A stretch of DNA of 62,869 nucleotides, filler included, from Diploschistes diacapsis (GCA_023645945.1; 14 parts of 14 records of this genome joined end to end with filler, not necessarily neighbours in it), one strand, 5' to 3'. Shown: positions 22,555 through 36,779, counted from the first letter of the whole stretch. A program made the numbers and translations. The notes: generated by a model from the letters alone, not told the origin.

Positions 22555-23049
22555 AACGTATATGCATAGCGAGCGGACACTCAGAGCGAATGGATATCCC
22601 CTATTTAATTTTATGAACTTTTAACTTTCGCATCAATTTTCTACGCGTACGATTATGGAATCATCTTTAATTAAAAATAAAATCATAATAAAACTTTAAA
22701 TTATCAAATAAGATTTAAATCTTAATATAAAACGCGTATTTTAGATATATAAGATTCTTCGTACGACGTTTATTACTCGACGCGATGATCGTATTTTAAG
22801 ATACGATATCTTAGCTAACTTAATGAATTTAATTCTATTAAAAAAACGATTCTTAATTATACGATTAATTTAATCGAATATAGTTTTCCGCCGCGACAGA
22901 ACGACATACGCGATATAATCAATTTAATACGCGTAACTCGAAATACGCCGCCGGTCGGATCACGATAGGTACAAAACTTCGTACGAAAATAAAAAACGCT
23001 GAAAATGCGATTTTAACGTAAAATCGATTATTAGAAAGTATTAACTGAA
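22555..23049 (+). mobile_element. RIP-mutated Fot1/pogo 5' end and transposase fragment, interrupted at 23050 by an LTR-like sequence
   Basis: TA-ACGTATATGCATAGCGAGCGGACAC TIR, the same family as 54737. The body aligns with 53326-53720. TGTTACG starts at 23050. Confidence 0.7.
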
Positions 23050-23594
23050 TGTTACGATCCAAGTGACTAGGTGGTAGTCCACTTGGCACTTCACAGCTGA
23101 TCGGGCATCTTCCCAACCTCTCCTTGTATATAGTCTAATCATGGTGACATTAATCACGTAATAAGTAGAAAGCCTTGAAGGTTATTTTACCCTCTATAGG
23201 TAAAACGGGAGAACGGTAGTTTTATACATTTATTAATCTATTTCGTTAAAGAGTAATTAATTATATAAAAACGCTGTTATAGTTCTTATAAGTTTTAATA
23301 TATTTATTTTTATAAACATCTTTAATTATTATTCGGGATTAATTTATATTCGTNNNNNNNNNNNNNNNNNNNNNNNNNNNNNNNNNNNNNNNNNNNNTTA
23401 ATTAATTAANNNNNNNNNNNNNNNNNNNNNNNNNNNNNNNNNNNNNNNNNNNNCTATAAAATTAAAGATCGTCGTCTTTAATATAAGCGTCGTATTCGCC
23501 GTAACCGAAAAATTCTTAAATTAATAAAAGATCGTGTTGACGAACAAACGCGTTATTTAACGAAAAAACTAGACTTAAAGTCGTTTAAGGCATA

Positions 23595-24871
23595 CAGTAC
23601 TAGTCCAAAAGTAATGGTCCCTCGGTTAAATCGGTGCAAATAAACAATAAATGTTTACTATTATTTTTATAATAATGCCACCATATCGTCGTTTGAAGTT
23701 TTGGGAGCGTTATGAGCTTATAGGCGTATACAGATCAGGTGTTATCCTGAAAAATGCAGTTAATAGGTTAAATATTTTTTATTCTATAGTCAAAAAGACA
23801 ATAGCAAAGGTTTCAGAGCGTGATGAAGATCAAGATGATTTGAAGCGCTCCGGAAGACCTCGAATAACGTTCGAAAATCAAGAAAATAGGTTTTATCGAA
23901 CGGCCAGACGTCATCTAGAATCTGAGTGGTTTGAATTGTTCGATATCTCGTCTACCAGCAAAAATATAGTGCGCCGAAGATTCCGCGACATCGATTTTTC
24001 TTTCAAAAAATATAGGATGCGGTGGAAGCCACATTTAGAGTTTGAAGATGCGGAAAAACGCCTGAGGTACTCCCGAATATATCGAACTTGGCGCGCCGAG
24101 GATTTTGTTAATATTTGGTTTATCGACGAGTGCTCTATAGTAATAGGAAGTGGTGAAGTACGAAAATGGGTATGGAGATATATAGGAGAACAATGGCTTC
24201 CCGATCATTTAGCAAAAACGGTTAGAAATAAGGAAAGTATTATGTTTTGGGCTGGTATGAGAGCCGATGGACGCGTCGTGTGGTGTTTCTTCGAAGATTA
24301 TTACATAAATGGACGAAGTGTTACCGCCGAGGTTTATTGTGCTTTACTAAGGGATATTTTGCTTTAAATCTACGAACCTGGGTAAGGTTTTTTGTAGGAT
24401 AATGTTCTTATACATACTGCAAACGTTGCTAAAACGTTTTTAGAGAGTTTCGGCGTTTGGGTTCTCGATTATTCATTATATAGTCTAGATTTGAACGTTA
24501 TAGAGTATCTTTGGTTTAGATTAAAAGAGGAGGTATTTCGGCTTTATTTAGAGCTTAAAATAATGCGTAAAAATAAGAATAATAAAAAATAGGTTTTAAA
24601 AGCTGTTATTATCGAGGCATTTAATCAAATTACGGCAGATAGGGAGTGGGATTTGTTTACTCGATTAATCTACTCGATGCCTACGCGAATTCAGGCTGTA
24701 TACGACGCGCAGGAATGGCAAACAAAGTATTAATAGATACTACGAATAAAGGGCATCAAAATGATCTAAAAAGCGCATTTATAAGACATTATTTAGGTAC
24801 GCATCGCATCTCCAAAGTTAATGATGTCTACTATAATTTAGGTAGGGACCATTACTTTTGGCACGTGACTG
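23595..24871 (+). mobile_element. Full-length Tc1 (DD34E) transposon, RIP-inactivated
   Basis: TA TSDs at 23593-94 and 24872-73. TIRs CAGT(N6)CCAAAAGTAATGGTCCC. Length 1277 bp. Confidence 0.92.
23675..24733 (+). pseudogene. Tc1 transposase with RIP-induced stops
   Basis: RSGRPR, WFIDE, *DNVLIH and YSLDLNVIEYLW, with exactly 34 residues between the second D and E. In-frame stops such as TAA at 24365 fit CAA-to-TAA changes. Confidence 0.9.
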
Positions 24872-27442
24872 TATACCCCAATATTTTCCCTAGCAAAGTG
24901 CCAAATCAAGAATTTAAAATTGCAAAAAGAACTTAAAGAGCGTTGCAAATATAAAAGGGGTTTTTTTTTTATTTTTTAAATTTTATTGTCTGCCTACTAT
25001 GGCATTAAATATTTAAGAAAAATGGTCCTCGCCGAAAAGCGGTTGCGGATGCGGTAACTGTACCATCGCTTTTTTCGTCACATCTTACGGCCCCCAGAAA
25101 AATGGAAAAAGTTTTAAAAAAAATTTAAATGAATAACTAAACCTTTAAAAAAGCTTCTGGAATTTTTTTTTAATTTTTAAAAGCGTTTTCGCAGAGATAT
25201 AAGGGCTAGGAATGTGACGTTTTTGATGAGAAATGGGGGGGGACCTAACCACTTTTGGCATGATAGTAGATATTTTGTCGAGTATCATTCCCTTCGAGAA
25301 CGAAACTACTGTATCGGGTGTACAACCGGCACGCCTTGTTCAGAGTCATGGGTTTCTAAGGGATGGCTACTGCAGCTATAACCCGCAGAGAACTATTACG
25401 TACATGTAGAAGCGAACCCCAACTCACAAATCTACATAGCTGGCTCATCAACGATGCATACCAGAATCGCGAAGATAAGGCTCACCGTGACCCCCTTGGA
25501 AAGAGTTGGAACATGCCCAAGGTTCTTGTCGGCTATATTCAACCATTGAAAGCATATCGGACGAGACACTGCATGCTGTGCACCGTCGCTCCAGGTACAA
25601 TAGCATCTTAAGCTTGCACATAGGGCCCAATTCGCACCACCAGCGTCAGGGAGCTTCAATGGATGGGTCTGTCTTCGTCGTTTACTAACGAGGCTACGTA
25701 TCCGCTGGCAGTAACTGTCAGTCTCTCGAACATTATTAGCCCGAGCTTTAATTCGTAATTGTCATGCTCCAGCATTAGATCTTCTATCAGGACTGGAGCA
25801 GGCCGTCGTTCCTCTTTTGCGTACAGCATTGCATTATAGCAGCTGCGTCATGCACTTTCAGAACCGATTGCGAGTGTGGAGGGCTTATGGATAACCCGTT
25901 GTGATCCTAGGTTGAACCCCACATTCTATTCTCTGGAGAAGTTGCACAGCGCGGGCTGGTAAAGCTATGGGTGACGCAACAACAGGTAGGTTCAGGAGCA
26001 CGATGGATGGATCCGCTGAAGATGGTGCAGTGGATTAGTGTACATGACTCCGCTTCTCCATCCACACTCGATCTGCATCTGCTTGCTTGGCTGCTGGCAT
26101 CAGCTACTCCATACACACACACATACATACATACGTGAGAAGCGAGGCGGAAAGGCCGCAGCCGGTGCTTCTTAGAGTTGTCGGAACTTTGAGTTCACAG
26201 GGCAGTCTGCCGTGCTACGTGGTTACCCTGCTACATATCAACCAAGTCCATACCCAAGTGACAGAGGCGCCAACACTGGGTCGGACCAATTCAGGTATGG
26301 GACATGTGAGCAGCAAAACCCAAACCCACTACTAGATTTGTCAAAACCTTCTCAATCATGCAGCATGCCGTCCGTCTGTCCGTCTGTCCGTCTGTCTGTC
26401 TGTCGTGTCTCTTTCAAATGGCCTAGTTGCCCTAGATACAGTTGTTGTTCGCGTGGTTCTGTTCCGCAAAGCGCAGCAACTCTTCTGTGCACCCAGACAA
26501 TGGCACATTTGGTAGCCAAATCTGTCAGACGATGCCACTGACAAGGGATGATTACAAGAGAGCCTTTTTTGATATGCCCATGCTCCATGCCAACCATCGC
26601 TAGCACTGAAGCAAAGCCGGGGCTCCTGGGAGAGGAGTCGTGGATAACGTGCAAGCATGCCTATTTGGAGGGACCATCATCGAGTAATTGCCGGTTACTG
26701 ATTACCAGAGACTAGTATGGTAAGCGGAAGAGCTGAATACTTCACACTATGCAGCACTCTGCAGCACTCTGTAGGAAACTTGTTATACTCGATTCTGCTG
26801 GAGCGGCATGGGGGAGCGGCCTGCGCCTCCGCCCGTCGTCTCGTCACAACCTTGAAACTGTCGAATAATTAGTCTACTGTAACTATATACGTTTGTTGTG
26901 TATGGCATATATCATCTACACGTTGTAGGGACAAGTTAGTAGCAGTAGGTTTCCAGGAGGGCGGTAGCTTAGTCACTCTGCCACTCCCCTTCCCCCACTT
27001 GAGAAACCATTGACTGACTCCCAAGCGTCCCCATATTAAATTATTTCTGCTCTGCTCTGTTCTACTCTGCTCTGCTCTGTACTCCGTACAAACTCATACT
27101 CATTAGTACACGCTTTGCCTGTGCTCGACTTTGCACCAAACAGGGCCCTTCTTTCTTCGCAACACAGATGCTTTTCAGCTAGAACTCACAAATTCCTCGA
27201 TGGCGACTCTCTAGCTCTTCCGGACTGGTCGCTTTCGCCAGCGCCTTTCCAACCATCTAGCCGCTTTCCCGCCGTACGACGTGACAACCCTTCTACCACG
27301 GACACGAGAGCCAAAGAGTTTGCTCCGAAATCCGTTTTCCCAAGCCAAGCTATGATTCGTCTACGCGTTCAGTAAGCTCGCGATAGAGCCTTTGCTAGGG
27401 TCTTGAGGCTATTGCCGCGCTCTGGTACCACAAGCTGTCAAC

Positions 27443-30400
27443 ATGGCGGGGCAAAAAGACAAGTTTCTCGCACCACCAGTACTCGCTGCTATCCGGAATG
27501 AAGAAGTCGCTGCTCGAGTGAAGATGGAGAGGACGACAAGTCAGGAGATTCGAGAAGAGCGTGCGGACCTGAAAGAAGCTGCCGAGCAGTCGTTGAATGT
27601 CATCTTCGACCTGGGCATGGACGGTAATGTCCGCTGGGTCAGTCCTACCTGGAAGAACGTGATCGGAACGGCTGTGGAAATGATCCAAGGGAGACCCATC
27701 GCTACCATACTAGAGGACAACGAGTCGAATCCTTTCCTAGAGGCGGTAGAATCTATGAAACAGGATGACTCCCGCAGTCACCTCGTTCGATTTCGTACAC
27801 GCCTCGGGCCTGACTCGCTCTTTTACGACGATCTACCCGCCGGCGAGCCTCAGGGCGAAGGCGAGGAGGGAGAGGAGAACAGGAACGATGATGCCCGTGG
27901 CAGAATCATTACACTCGAAGGCCAAGGTATTATGGTGTATGATCGCTCTGCGGGAGGAGAGAGCCATGTGAGCACTATGGCAAAACCCCGGTCGATGCTC
28001 GTTTGTTGACATGCTGCAGTCAATGTGGATGCTTCGCCCCGCTTCTGAGCCACGAGAGATCACAATCGACCTGCCAGATGTACTTGTGGAGTCCTTAGGG
28101 TTTGGCGCAGAAGTTCTCGCGACCTATCTTACGGCCCTTGCAGAACAAGCAAACAATGAAGCTGCAAGCTATCCTCAGCCGCCTGCGATCTTGTGTCGGA
28201 TCTGCGAATGCCAAATCCCACCATGGTGGTTTGAAAAGCACAGCGACCTCTGTCTCCAGGAACACAGGGCTGAAGCTGAGGTGCAACTGGCACACGATTC
28301 TTTGACCGATCATCGTAACGCTATCGTGAAAGTGCTGGACGCCCTTGAAGCCCGCCGCTCAAGGTCCGCTGCAAACGAACCTTCGCCGCTGGTTCCACCA
28401 GCAGAGTACAAGGGCTTATCCATTGGCCCTAATTCAACTTCATCATCCAGCTCAGCTTCTGGTAGAGCAACCCCGGCAACGCCACCTCGCTCAAGGGATG
28501 CGTCAACATCAACAGCTGGCTTCGGTCATGTTCGGGCCAGGTCTTTTGCTGTACGTCGGCCCTTATCCCGCATTGTTGAGCTTATATTGGACCTCTGCGA
28601 CACGGCCATCGAGATCAAAACCCCAGCCCTTAGCGAGAATGCAGATCAAGAAACAGGGCAGTTTCGCACATCCACACCAGGATCTGAATCTCGTATTTCT
28701 CAGGTGCTGAACTGGCAAACTCCTGGTAGTAATACTCTTGAAAACGAAGAAGGTCTTTCAACACTCGCGTCGGATACCGAAACCCTTGCAAGGGGCAAGG
28801 TCGAAGCTGTTCTGAGACATCGTCGGATCCTCGAATACTCGGAACGCATAAGGGTCGAGTTCCATGTCTTGGTCCAGGATTGCATCGAGGCCGCCATGCG
28901 AAAGGCTGCCAGTATTCGGGAAGGTCGATTGAGTGATTCGAGCGACAGCGAAAGCGAAGCTGAAACGCCCGCTCCTCAGCAACAAACATTCTTCGGTGGC
29001 TGCCAGGACGGAAGCTCTCTAGGGCTTTCAGCCATGGCAATCGCTCTTCGAAATGTGTCTGATACAGCCCTCGGTTCCGAAACAGATAGGCGACAATCTA
29101 TCGCTATTTCGACAGGATCGAACAGTCCTCTTGAGTGTCCCACGCCTCGTTCGCGCTCTGTCGCACCACCTGGACTGCAGCGATCGCAATCCTCGAACAA
29201 GCGCAACTCTCTGTATGGAGGTAGTGATGCAGGCAACGTTAGTGACGGGAGCTTATCGTCTTCCCTCTTGGCTGGTCGAACGACGGGCTCCCCAAGTCAA
29301 GAACCAAATCTTACCAGATCGCAGAGCTCTCGCAATCGAAAGAGAAAAAGTCTCAAGCTTCCCGGAATATCCGCTTCTCCTCGGCGCCAATCTCCCTCCA
29401 GAGCTGGAGGTCCTGCATCGCCTTTGAGACTAACGAGACATAGGGTACTAAGTGGACCGGAAAACACAGCTTCGCCCCTGACGTCGCCTCTGCTCACCAC
29501 CAAAGAGCCTTTTCCCCCAATAGACCACCGGCGACAATTGTCGGCAACCTCATCAGTAGACCCAAATAAGCCCCCTTCACCAAGATTGTCGGCTATAAAT
29601 GCCCCACAGCAACGGGCCGTACCGCCTTCCATCAAAGACTTTGAGATTATCAAACCTATCAGTAAAGGTGCCTTCGGTAGCGTCTACCTCTCGAAAAAGA
29701 AAAGCACTGGTGACTACTTTGCCATCAAAGTACTCAAGAAGTCCGACATGGTTGCAAAGAACCAAGTTACCAACGTCAAGGCCGAACGGGCAATCATGAT
29801 GTGGCAAGGGGAGAGTGATTTCGTCGCCAAACTATACTGGACATTTGCAAGTAAAGACTACTTGTACTTGGTGATGGAATACCTTAATGGCGGTGATTGC
29901 GCCTCGCTAATCAAGATTCTTGGTGGGCTGCCAGAAGACTGGGCGAAGAAGTATCTAGGCGAGGTCGTTCTGGGCGTGGAGCACCTTCATAGTCGAGGCA
30001 TCGTCCATCGTGACCTGAAGCCAGACAACTTGCTTATAGATCAAAAAGGACACTTGAAGCTCACCGACTTCGGATTGTCCAGGATGGGTTTGATTGGCCG
30101 TCAGAAACGGCTTCGGAAGAGCCCACATAGTTCTGTTCCGGATCTGCTGAAGTCTGGTCCTTTTGGTCGACCGCATTCCATCACCTCGTCGCGCTCCACA
30201 TCCTTTGACTTTCAAGGGACAAACCAATCGCCTGCTCTAACACCAGATATGACGCCTGATCTTGCCGCGTCCATTGGCCCTCCGTCATATTTCAGCTTGA
30301 ACCGTGATAGCGCGTTGGGAAAGGAACATTCCCGTAGAGCTTCTGGTTATCGGAGTGATAGTGGTAGCAGCGACACTTTTAATCTCATGTTCAGGAGCCT

Positions 30401-33131
30401 TAACGTGGATGATTCAGCCCAGCGGGGCCCACTAATAGAGGAAGAGATAGCCAGCGAGGGTGCTGATTCACCCGATCCATACTCTCTTCAACCTTTGTCC
30501 GGCGCTACGGCTGCTGGCTATTTGGGTACGCCTCCTCAGACCGGAATGCTCCCACCTCCCATGGCCCTTTTTGACCCTGAAGATCAGAATCGGCGTTTTG
30601 TGGGTACTCCAGATTATCTTGCTCCCGAGACAGTTAACGGCCTTGGGCAAGATGAAATGAGCGATTGGTGGTCTATTGGATGCATTCTTTTCGAGTTCTT
30701 GTTTGGATATCCTCCTTTCCACGATGACACTCCTGAAAAGGTCTTTGAGAACATCCTCGCTCGCAAGATCGAGTGGCCATCGGATGAGGAGTGCTTAGTC
30801 TCAGACGAAGCCCGGAATCTTATCTCAAGGTTATTGACGTCTGATCCGAAAGAACGCTTGGGATCCAATCCAGGCGATAAATATGTCTCGGGCGGAGAGG
30901 AAATTCGAAAGCATCCGTGGTTCGACAGTATCAACTGGGGCAGTTTATTGGAAGATGAAGCCCAATTTGTCCCCAACCCTGAGAACCCCGAGGACACTGA
31001 GTACTTCGATGCTCGCGGCGCAACCCTTCAAGCCTTCTCTGAAGAGTTAGAAGATCAAAGAAACTCTCCCATGCCTACTCCAGGCGCCGATTATCCGGAA
31101 CGGCCGCACGATGCCCTTTCGGGTCTCCGTAAACAGGTCAACTCAATGAAGCGAGGTTTGATGCCGCTCCACATTCCCGCGCACGTCAGAGACAGTCGCA
31201 GCAGGCGTCTAAGCGAGCCCGTCGCGGGTGATGATTTCGGTACCTTTAGTTTCAAAAACTTACCTGTATTGGAGAAAGCGAACAAAGATGTCATCCAGAA
31301 GCTTCGGGCAGAAGCTATGAAAGAGCAAACTGACAGGTCGTCACAGGGGTTCAACGCTGCTAATAGTTCTCCTGCGCCTTCGATTGAAGGAAGCCCTCTA
31401 CTCCCATCTCCTGTGAAGCGCACGTTATCTTCGCACAAGGCTGGCAACAGATCCGCCTCGCCTTCAAATCTGGGTCAACCGGGGACTTCACCGAACAGAA
31501 TATCCCAACCCACCTCACCGCTCCTTGTGCAGTTTTCCGCTGGGCCTCATCATGAAAGACGGAAAACCTCCGGTACTTCCTCGCTTTCTGCGCAGTCTAA
31601 TTCGTCATTACAGCCAGGAGCCTTTTCTGAGCCACCGCGACTGTCGGCAGCCCCTTCGTCTGCTGGTCTGAACCCGTCTCCAGTCAAAACAATCCGTCCA
31701 CCGAATCCTGTGCCAATAACGTCGCCAGAGAAGGGGTTGGCCCCTCAAAGAATACCGAGTTTATCGTCTCCTCGAGCCAGGTCGCTGACTGTGGGCTCAC
31801 AGGAGGGTGACTTCTTGAACAAACCAAGTATAAACCACCATAAGAGACGAAGCCAAGTTTTCGACGTCTCTCCCTCCTCTTCCGACAACGAGGATCCCCG
31901 CGCAAAAGCCCTCCTACGTGTACAGCGACGTCGTCAGAGTTCCAGAAGAATGTCACAGTTCTCGCTCGCAGATGGCCCATGTTTTCGGCCTCTTGACGTT
32001 TTGATTTGCGAGGATCACCCAGTATCTCGTCTAGTTATGGAAAGGCTATTCGAAAAGCTTCGTTGCCGGACAATTTCTGTCATGACTGGTCCTGATGCTG
32101 TCCGCTTTGCCACGAGCGAGGTTCTATTTGATATAATCATGATGGAGGTTAAGCTCCCTCAGCTAGGTGGCGCTGATGTTGCTCGTATGATTCGAGGCAC
32201 GAAGAACGCAAACCAACAGACGCCCATTGTAGCTGTCACGGGTTATCTCAAGGAACTGCCACAAAATCATCAGTTCAATGATCTGATCGAGAAACCGCCC
32301 ACCCTCGAGAAGCTGACTGAGGTCTTGTGTAACCTCTGCCAATGGAGGGCGCCGCCACCGGATTGGCGCCCAGGACCGTCACAGCATACACCCTCTAGCC
32401 TGCGCCAGGAAAGCCACCCTTCTGAAACTAGTCCTTCTTCTCAGGTCTCGGGACCATTCGCGCGGGCGCCCAGCTCTTTGTTTCATGGATCCAGTCGCGA
32501 AGACTCGATTGGTTCCAGCAGCTACTATGGCGATGTTGATGCTGCCGATACTGGCGTCATTGTTCAAGGGCAGAACGATGCGTGGGGACAAGGTTTGGGC
32601 ATTACAGACGATTCTCTAGAATCCAAGGAATTTACACACCCAGGCTTGCCTCATTTGCTTCATTTCAATTCCGCGCCGCCTCAGCTTGGTCTTATCATGC
32701 CTTCGCCACGTAAGCCCCGATCCTCCGAAGCTATAAGGGCTAAACGTGAAGAACAGGAGAAAAACAGGCACGAGTGCGTAGAGTCAGGAGATGACGAGGA
32801 TGAAGAGCTCGGAGACACTTTGGTCCAACCTAAGAGTCCACGCCATCGAACGAAAAGCTCGAAATTAGGCACACAAATGATGCGCATCGACAGCTACGAG
32901 AATATTGCATCTGAAGCTTTCAAGGTCAAGGAAAGTTTCTCCAACGAGAGGCTAGCAGAAGCGCATGCTGGGAACGACGACCCTCAATTGGCGGTCGAAC
33001 CACCGGAGATCTTTCCCAGAGAAGTTGGCGATCAAATTAAGGAGATTGATATGGATGCCACGCCCAGATCAAGTACTTTGCAAAAATCTATCCTCACAAC
33101 AGACGATGGACCCACGCCACCACGCAAATAA
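27443..33131 (+). CDS. RIM15: Rim15/Cek1 (Greatwall-family) Ser/Thr kinase with PAS and receiver domains
   Basis: Intron 27968-28019; about 1878 aa. PAS (VRWVSPTWKNVIG), CRICE...H...C zinc motif, PSIKDFEIIKPISKGAFGSV, HRDLKPDN, DFGLS, long insert, FVGTPDYLAPE, and C-terminal REC (VLICEDHPVSR...MMEVKLP). Confidence 0.96.
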
Positions 33132-34534
33132 CCACTATATTCTCACTCTTGTATTCTGGCCAGCAACGTTCTACACTCACTCTAATTCCTGATTATACAA
33201 AGTTCGACCTGGAAGCGAGGTCTTTTGAGAATGTTCATTGGCTTTGCGAACGCTGCTCGGTGCATTGATTCAATGAGAGGTTTTATCAAGGACGCCTTCA
33301 TACTCAACTATCCATTCTTTTACGTTTTTTTGTTTCTTATTATAGCGCACCGACGCTCCAGCTTCCATCAATGTGACTATCTTTTGCTCTTCTATTGCAG
33401 CGTCGGCGCTCGGGAGTTTCGCACTGTCACATAGTCGACTTCTGCTCAATTTTGCTGTTCACTTGGGAGGACTCGCGAGGATGTGACAAGGGCCGAAGGC
33501 ATGGAAAGGAGCAGGTTGGGAATTTGGACGTGAACATGTGATTGTGGGATTGGGAAGTTCCCACCGTTATGGAAAACACTGAGCGCTTTCACAAAGATCG
33601 GCCTGAGGTGGACAGGGAATGAATGTTCAGATTCTCGAAAATATTGTTGGAAGAAACCATATCGGGTTCGCTATAGTGATGAAAGTTGCTAGCAAGCTTT
33701 TTGTTTGTGTAGGAACGGGTTGGAGATTGTGAAGCAGGGCGCAGAAATAGTAGGAAGTGTATCCATACAATTTTTCAAGAACCGGGCATTACCTCGCAAT
33801 GAGATATTAAAGACATGTTAGTCATCTACGGTTTCAACTGTCATTAGCATAGTCACTTATCTGGCTGAACTTGACTCTCGAATCAGCGGCGCAAATCATC
33901 TTTCCATCTTGTGAATAGTGCGTTCAACATGGTTAGGTAGACGATCTCTCTTCAGACAGGCACTTTCAACATCCTTTCCGCGACTCGATAAGTTCGGTCT
34001 AGTTTCAAAGATCTGGTTGAAGACAGTCAATAAAATTTGCTCCCCTTAGTGGTGAAGTAGCATCATCCCTCCAGGAGGCTGAAGAGTTTCATGCCTGGAC
34101 TCGTGTCTCCTTAAGACAGCCTTGGATCGGGCTTCCAAAAGTTTCCATTGAAGTATTTCTGTTCCAGCCAAGGCCATCCAGGCGGCTGAGAACATAAGTA
34201 ACCCCTTTTCGGTCTTCAGTTGGTGAAAAGAGGTTCCTGTTGCTTTCAAGCCTTCATCCTCCCTCCCCCCGCTTCGCCCACTCCTAACTCTCACATAACC
34301 TAAACGCTAAGAGATGGAACATTGGGAAACAAGCCGCTGATATGTATAGAGTTGTCGGAAATCGATGAGGGGTTACGAACGACCTTTGATTCTCCCAGAG
34401 AAAGGTTGTCTGGTTTCAATGACGGGCATCGCCTCTGCGATAAGGTGTGGGAGAGATCGGCAACCTGGGGGGCCGACGTACTCTCCATTCGAAGACGACG
34501 CTTTTGCTTGATCTCTTCTCTTGGATCGAGACGT

Positions 34535-36241
34535 CTAGTGAGGCCAGATGCCCATCCCGGCTCTCAAACGCCTTGTTCGTGCTTCACCCCATGCTCGCAC
34601 TCCCGGATAACTGTAATCAACGCAGATGCGAGGCTGGTATGTTGATCTGTGCCGCAAGTTTGTGTAGCTGTGTTGGTCGTGAAGTTCGCTGTGGTTGAGC
34701 CAGGTTAGGTTGAACATGGTCTCTGCACGTCCGAGATTGCGCAGCACAGCGACGACGAGGCAGTTGTGGTCAGCGCGGAAGTGTCTGTAGACGCCGTCGC
34801 GATTGACCATGGCCTCTCGGGGCTGTGTTATAGCGACTTTAAAAATTGTCTGGCATTTCTCGCAGTCGGTCGCTCGTATGAAGGAGAGGTGCAGTTTAGA
34901 GCGATTGTTTTGATCTTGCTCGGAAAGGAAAGGGCCTTTGTTCAATTTATCTTCTGTTTCTTCGTACATGCTTTCTGTATCTGCCTCACCAAACTCTTTG
35001 AAAGATTGCGACCCCTGATCGAGTTCGCCTTCCGCCGCATCGCGCTGGGTCGCCGATATGTTCCCATTCAGAGGCTCTTTTTTGCAAGGTCCACAGTCAT
35101 GAAGTCCAGATTGCACGGCCGCGGAGATGATTCGATCATCTGCAACGCGGACATGAGGACAGAGGTCGAAATCCAGTTGCTTGCTTTGTATTTCGGATGT
35201 GATAGCCTGTGTTCGATCTTCCGTTCTCTTCCAAACTGGAGGCTTATTGCAAATTGCTACAAGGTTGAAGTTCCAAATACACCCAACCTGCAGGCCGCCC
35301 TCTTTTAGACTAAAGAACTCAAGGGGATTAAGCCATATATCAAGGTGTTTGGATCCTAGATTACGAGGCTCCACAGCATTCAATGATCCTGACTCTTTAA
35401 GAGCCGCAAAGCCTTGTAGTAGCTGTATTTCGCTCTTACCGTGAGAGCTTATTGTTCTGAACAGCCCTCGCCGCCGCCAAATCAAGCGTTGACCAAGGAG
35501 ATCCTTCCCCTCCTCTTCAACAAAGAGGTCGGACATGCGATAGCTAGTCTTGCGACGTTTTTCAAACTCCCTATCACTCTTGTCAAGATTGATGTGCATC
35601 TTTCGAAGGTCCGGATCATGTTCGTACATGTGGTCCATCAAGGCAAGTTCCGCAGTGGTCGGCTCGTCGACATTAGACGGCATCACAAGGTTTCTCTCCA
35701 ACTCCCTGAATTGACTAAAGTTCATGATCCAACTGGGGTGAAGCGCAACCATTGACTGTGAAGGAGTACAAACAAGGCCTTCCTGTTGTCTCAATGCTAG
35801 GCGGTTTTGGTTGAAAAATTCCATGCGATGTGCGCGTTGACACCCATCGCAGATGGTACCGCCAATCAGCCCAGCTGTTTCAGCAGCATACAGAATGGAG
35901 CGTCGGCGCTGCCATCCGGGTGTTGCATCTCTGGAACATCTTCTCATCCAAGCGTTGCTCTCGTGGCGATTGTCGTCGTCAAAATCCGAGGGCTGGTGAA
36001 GCTGGAAACACGTGGTGCAAGCTAGTTTTTTGCAGCTGCTTCCTCGTTCAATAAGCCATTGATAGAGATGTAGCTCTTTCCCTTTCACGTGTAATTCCTC
36101 TACTAGCTTTGAGTAGCTCGAAAGCGTGTAGAAGGATCTGCGGCAAGTGCGACGAAGGGCAAGTTTGCCATAGAGGGCTAGGTAGTCATCGACCTCTTCA
36201 AGCAATTCAAGTGGTAGCGTCTGTAAAGAGGCCATAGGCAT
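34535..36241 (-). CDS. F-box domain protein, lineage-specific
   Basis: 568-aa ORF. N-terminal LQTLPLELLEEVDDYLALYGKLALRRTCR F-box, CxxCxxxH motifs, LCPH and C-terminal VLRNLG...W. Confidence 0.75.
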   Translation of the reverse strand: MPMASLQTLPLELLEEVDDYLALYGKLALRRTCRRSFYTLSSYSKLVEELHVKGKELHLYQWLIERGSSCKKLACTTCFQLHQPSDFDDDNRHESNAWMRRCSRDATPGWQRRRSILYAAETAGLIGGTICDGCQRAHRMEFFNQNRLALRQQEGLVCTPSQSMVALHPSWIMNFSQFRELERNLVMPSNVDEPTTAELALMDHMYEHDPDLRKMHINLDKSDREFEKRRKTSYRMSDLFVEEEGKDLLGQRLIWRRRGLFRTISSHGKSEIQLLQGFAALKESGSLNAVEPRNLGSKHLDIWLNPLEFFSLKEGGLQVGCIWNFNLVAICNKPPVWKRTEDRTQAITSEIQSKQLDFDLCPHVRVADDRIISAAVQSGLHDCGPCKKEPLNGNISATQRDAAEGELDQGSQSFKEFGEADTESMYEETEDKLNKGPFLSEQDQNNRSKLHLSFIRATDCEKCQTIFKVAITQPREAMVNRDGVYRHFRADHNCLVVAVLRNLGRAETMFNLTWLNHSELHDQHSYTNLRHRSTYQPRICVDYSYPGVRAWGEARTRRLRAGMGIWPH

Positions 36242-36779
36242 GCATCAGGTGATGTTTGGTAACTGGAGCTTTACTACATTATATCTAGGTCACATACAGA
36301 AGGCCCTGGTCGAGGGCTCCCTTCGTTGGAAGTAGGAAAGAAATCATCAGATCAACAAAGGCTCAGGTCTCTCGTATTGGGAAAAGGTGATGCTGTGGCT
36401 GGAGGATCGTGCATGTATAGATACTCTTCTCTTGGTCTATAGGTTTTGTCGATGATTTTCACACCCAAATAAGCTCATGTCACACTCTTATATCGAATAT
36501 CAAAGTCAATATCGCTATACTACGCAAAATCTCATTTGTTTATCACCCACCCAATCATCCTAACTTTCATACCCCAGCTCTCATTATCTCTCTCTCCTAA
36601 TCTTTCAACTGCACATCTTCCATTTCAATGTCATTCCAATTTCTGTCTTCTACCTGCGTACCTTTGCATCTCCACTTCTTCCACTTCACCACTGTCTGTC
36701 TTCAATCCCACAGCAGGTTATGTTTGTACTAGGAACTGCGAATACATCCTAAGCTGCTGACACGAAAGCCTTAAAGAGG

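Noticed and set aside
26369..27080. (GTCY)n and (TCTGC)n tracts upstream of RIM15
   Set aside because: They are ordinary microsatellites.
32130..32160. Glu instead of the phospho-acceptor Asp in the Rim15 receiver domain (MMEVKLP)
   Set aside because: This is a known feature of Rim15 orthologs in filamentous fungi, not novel.
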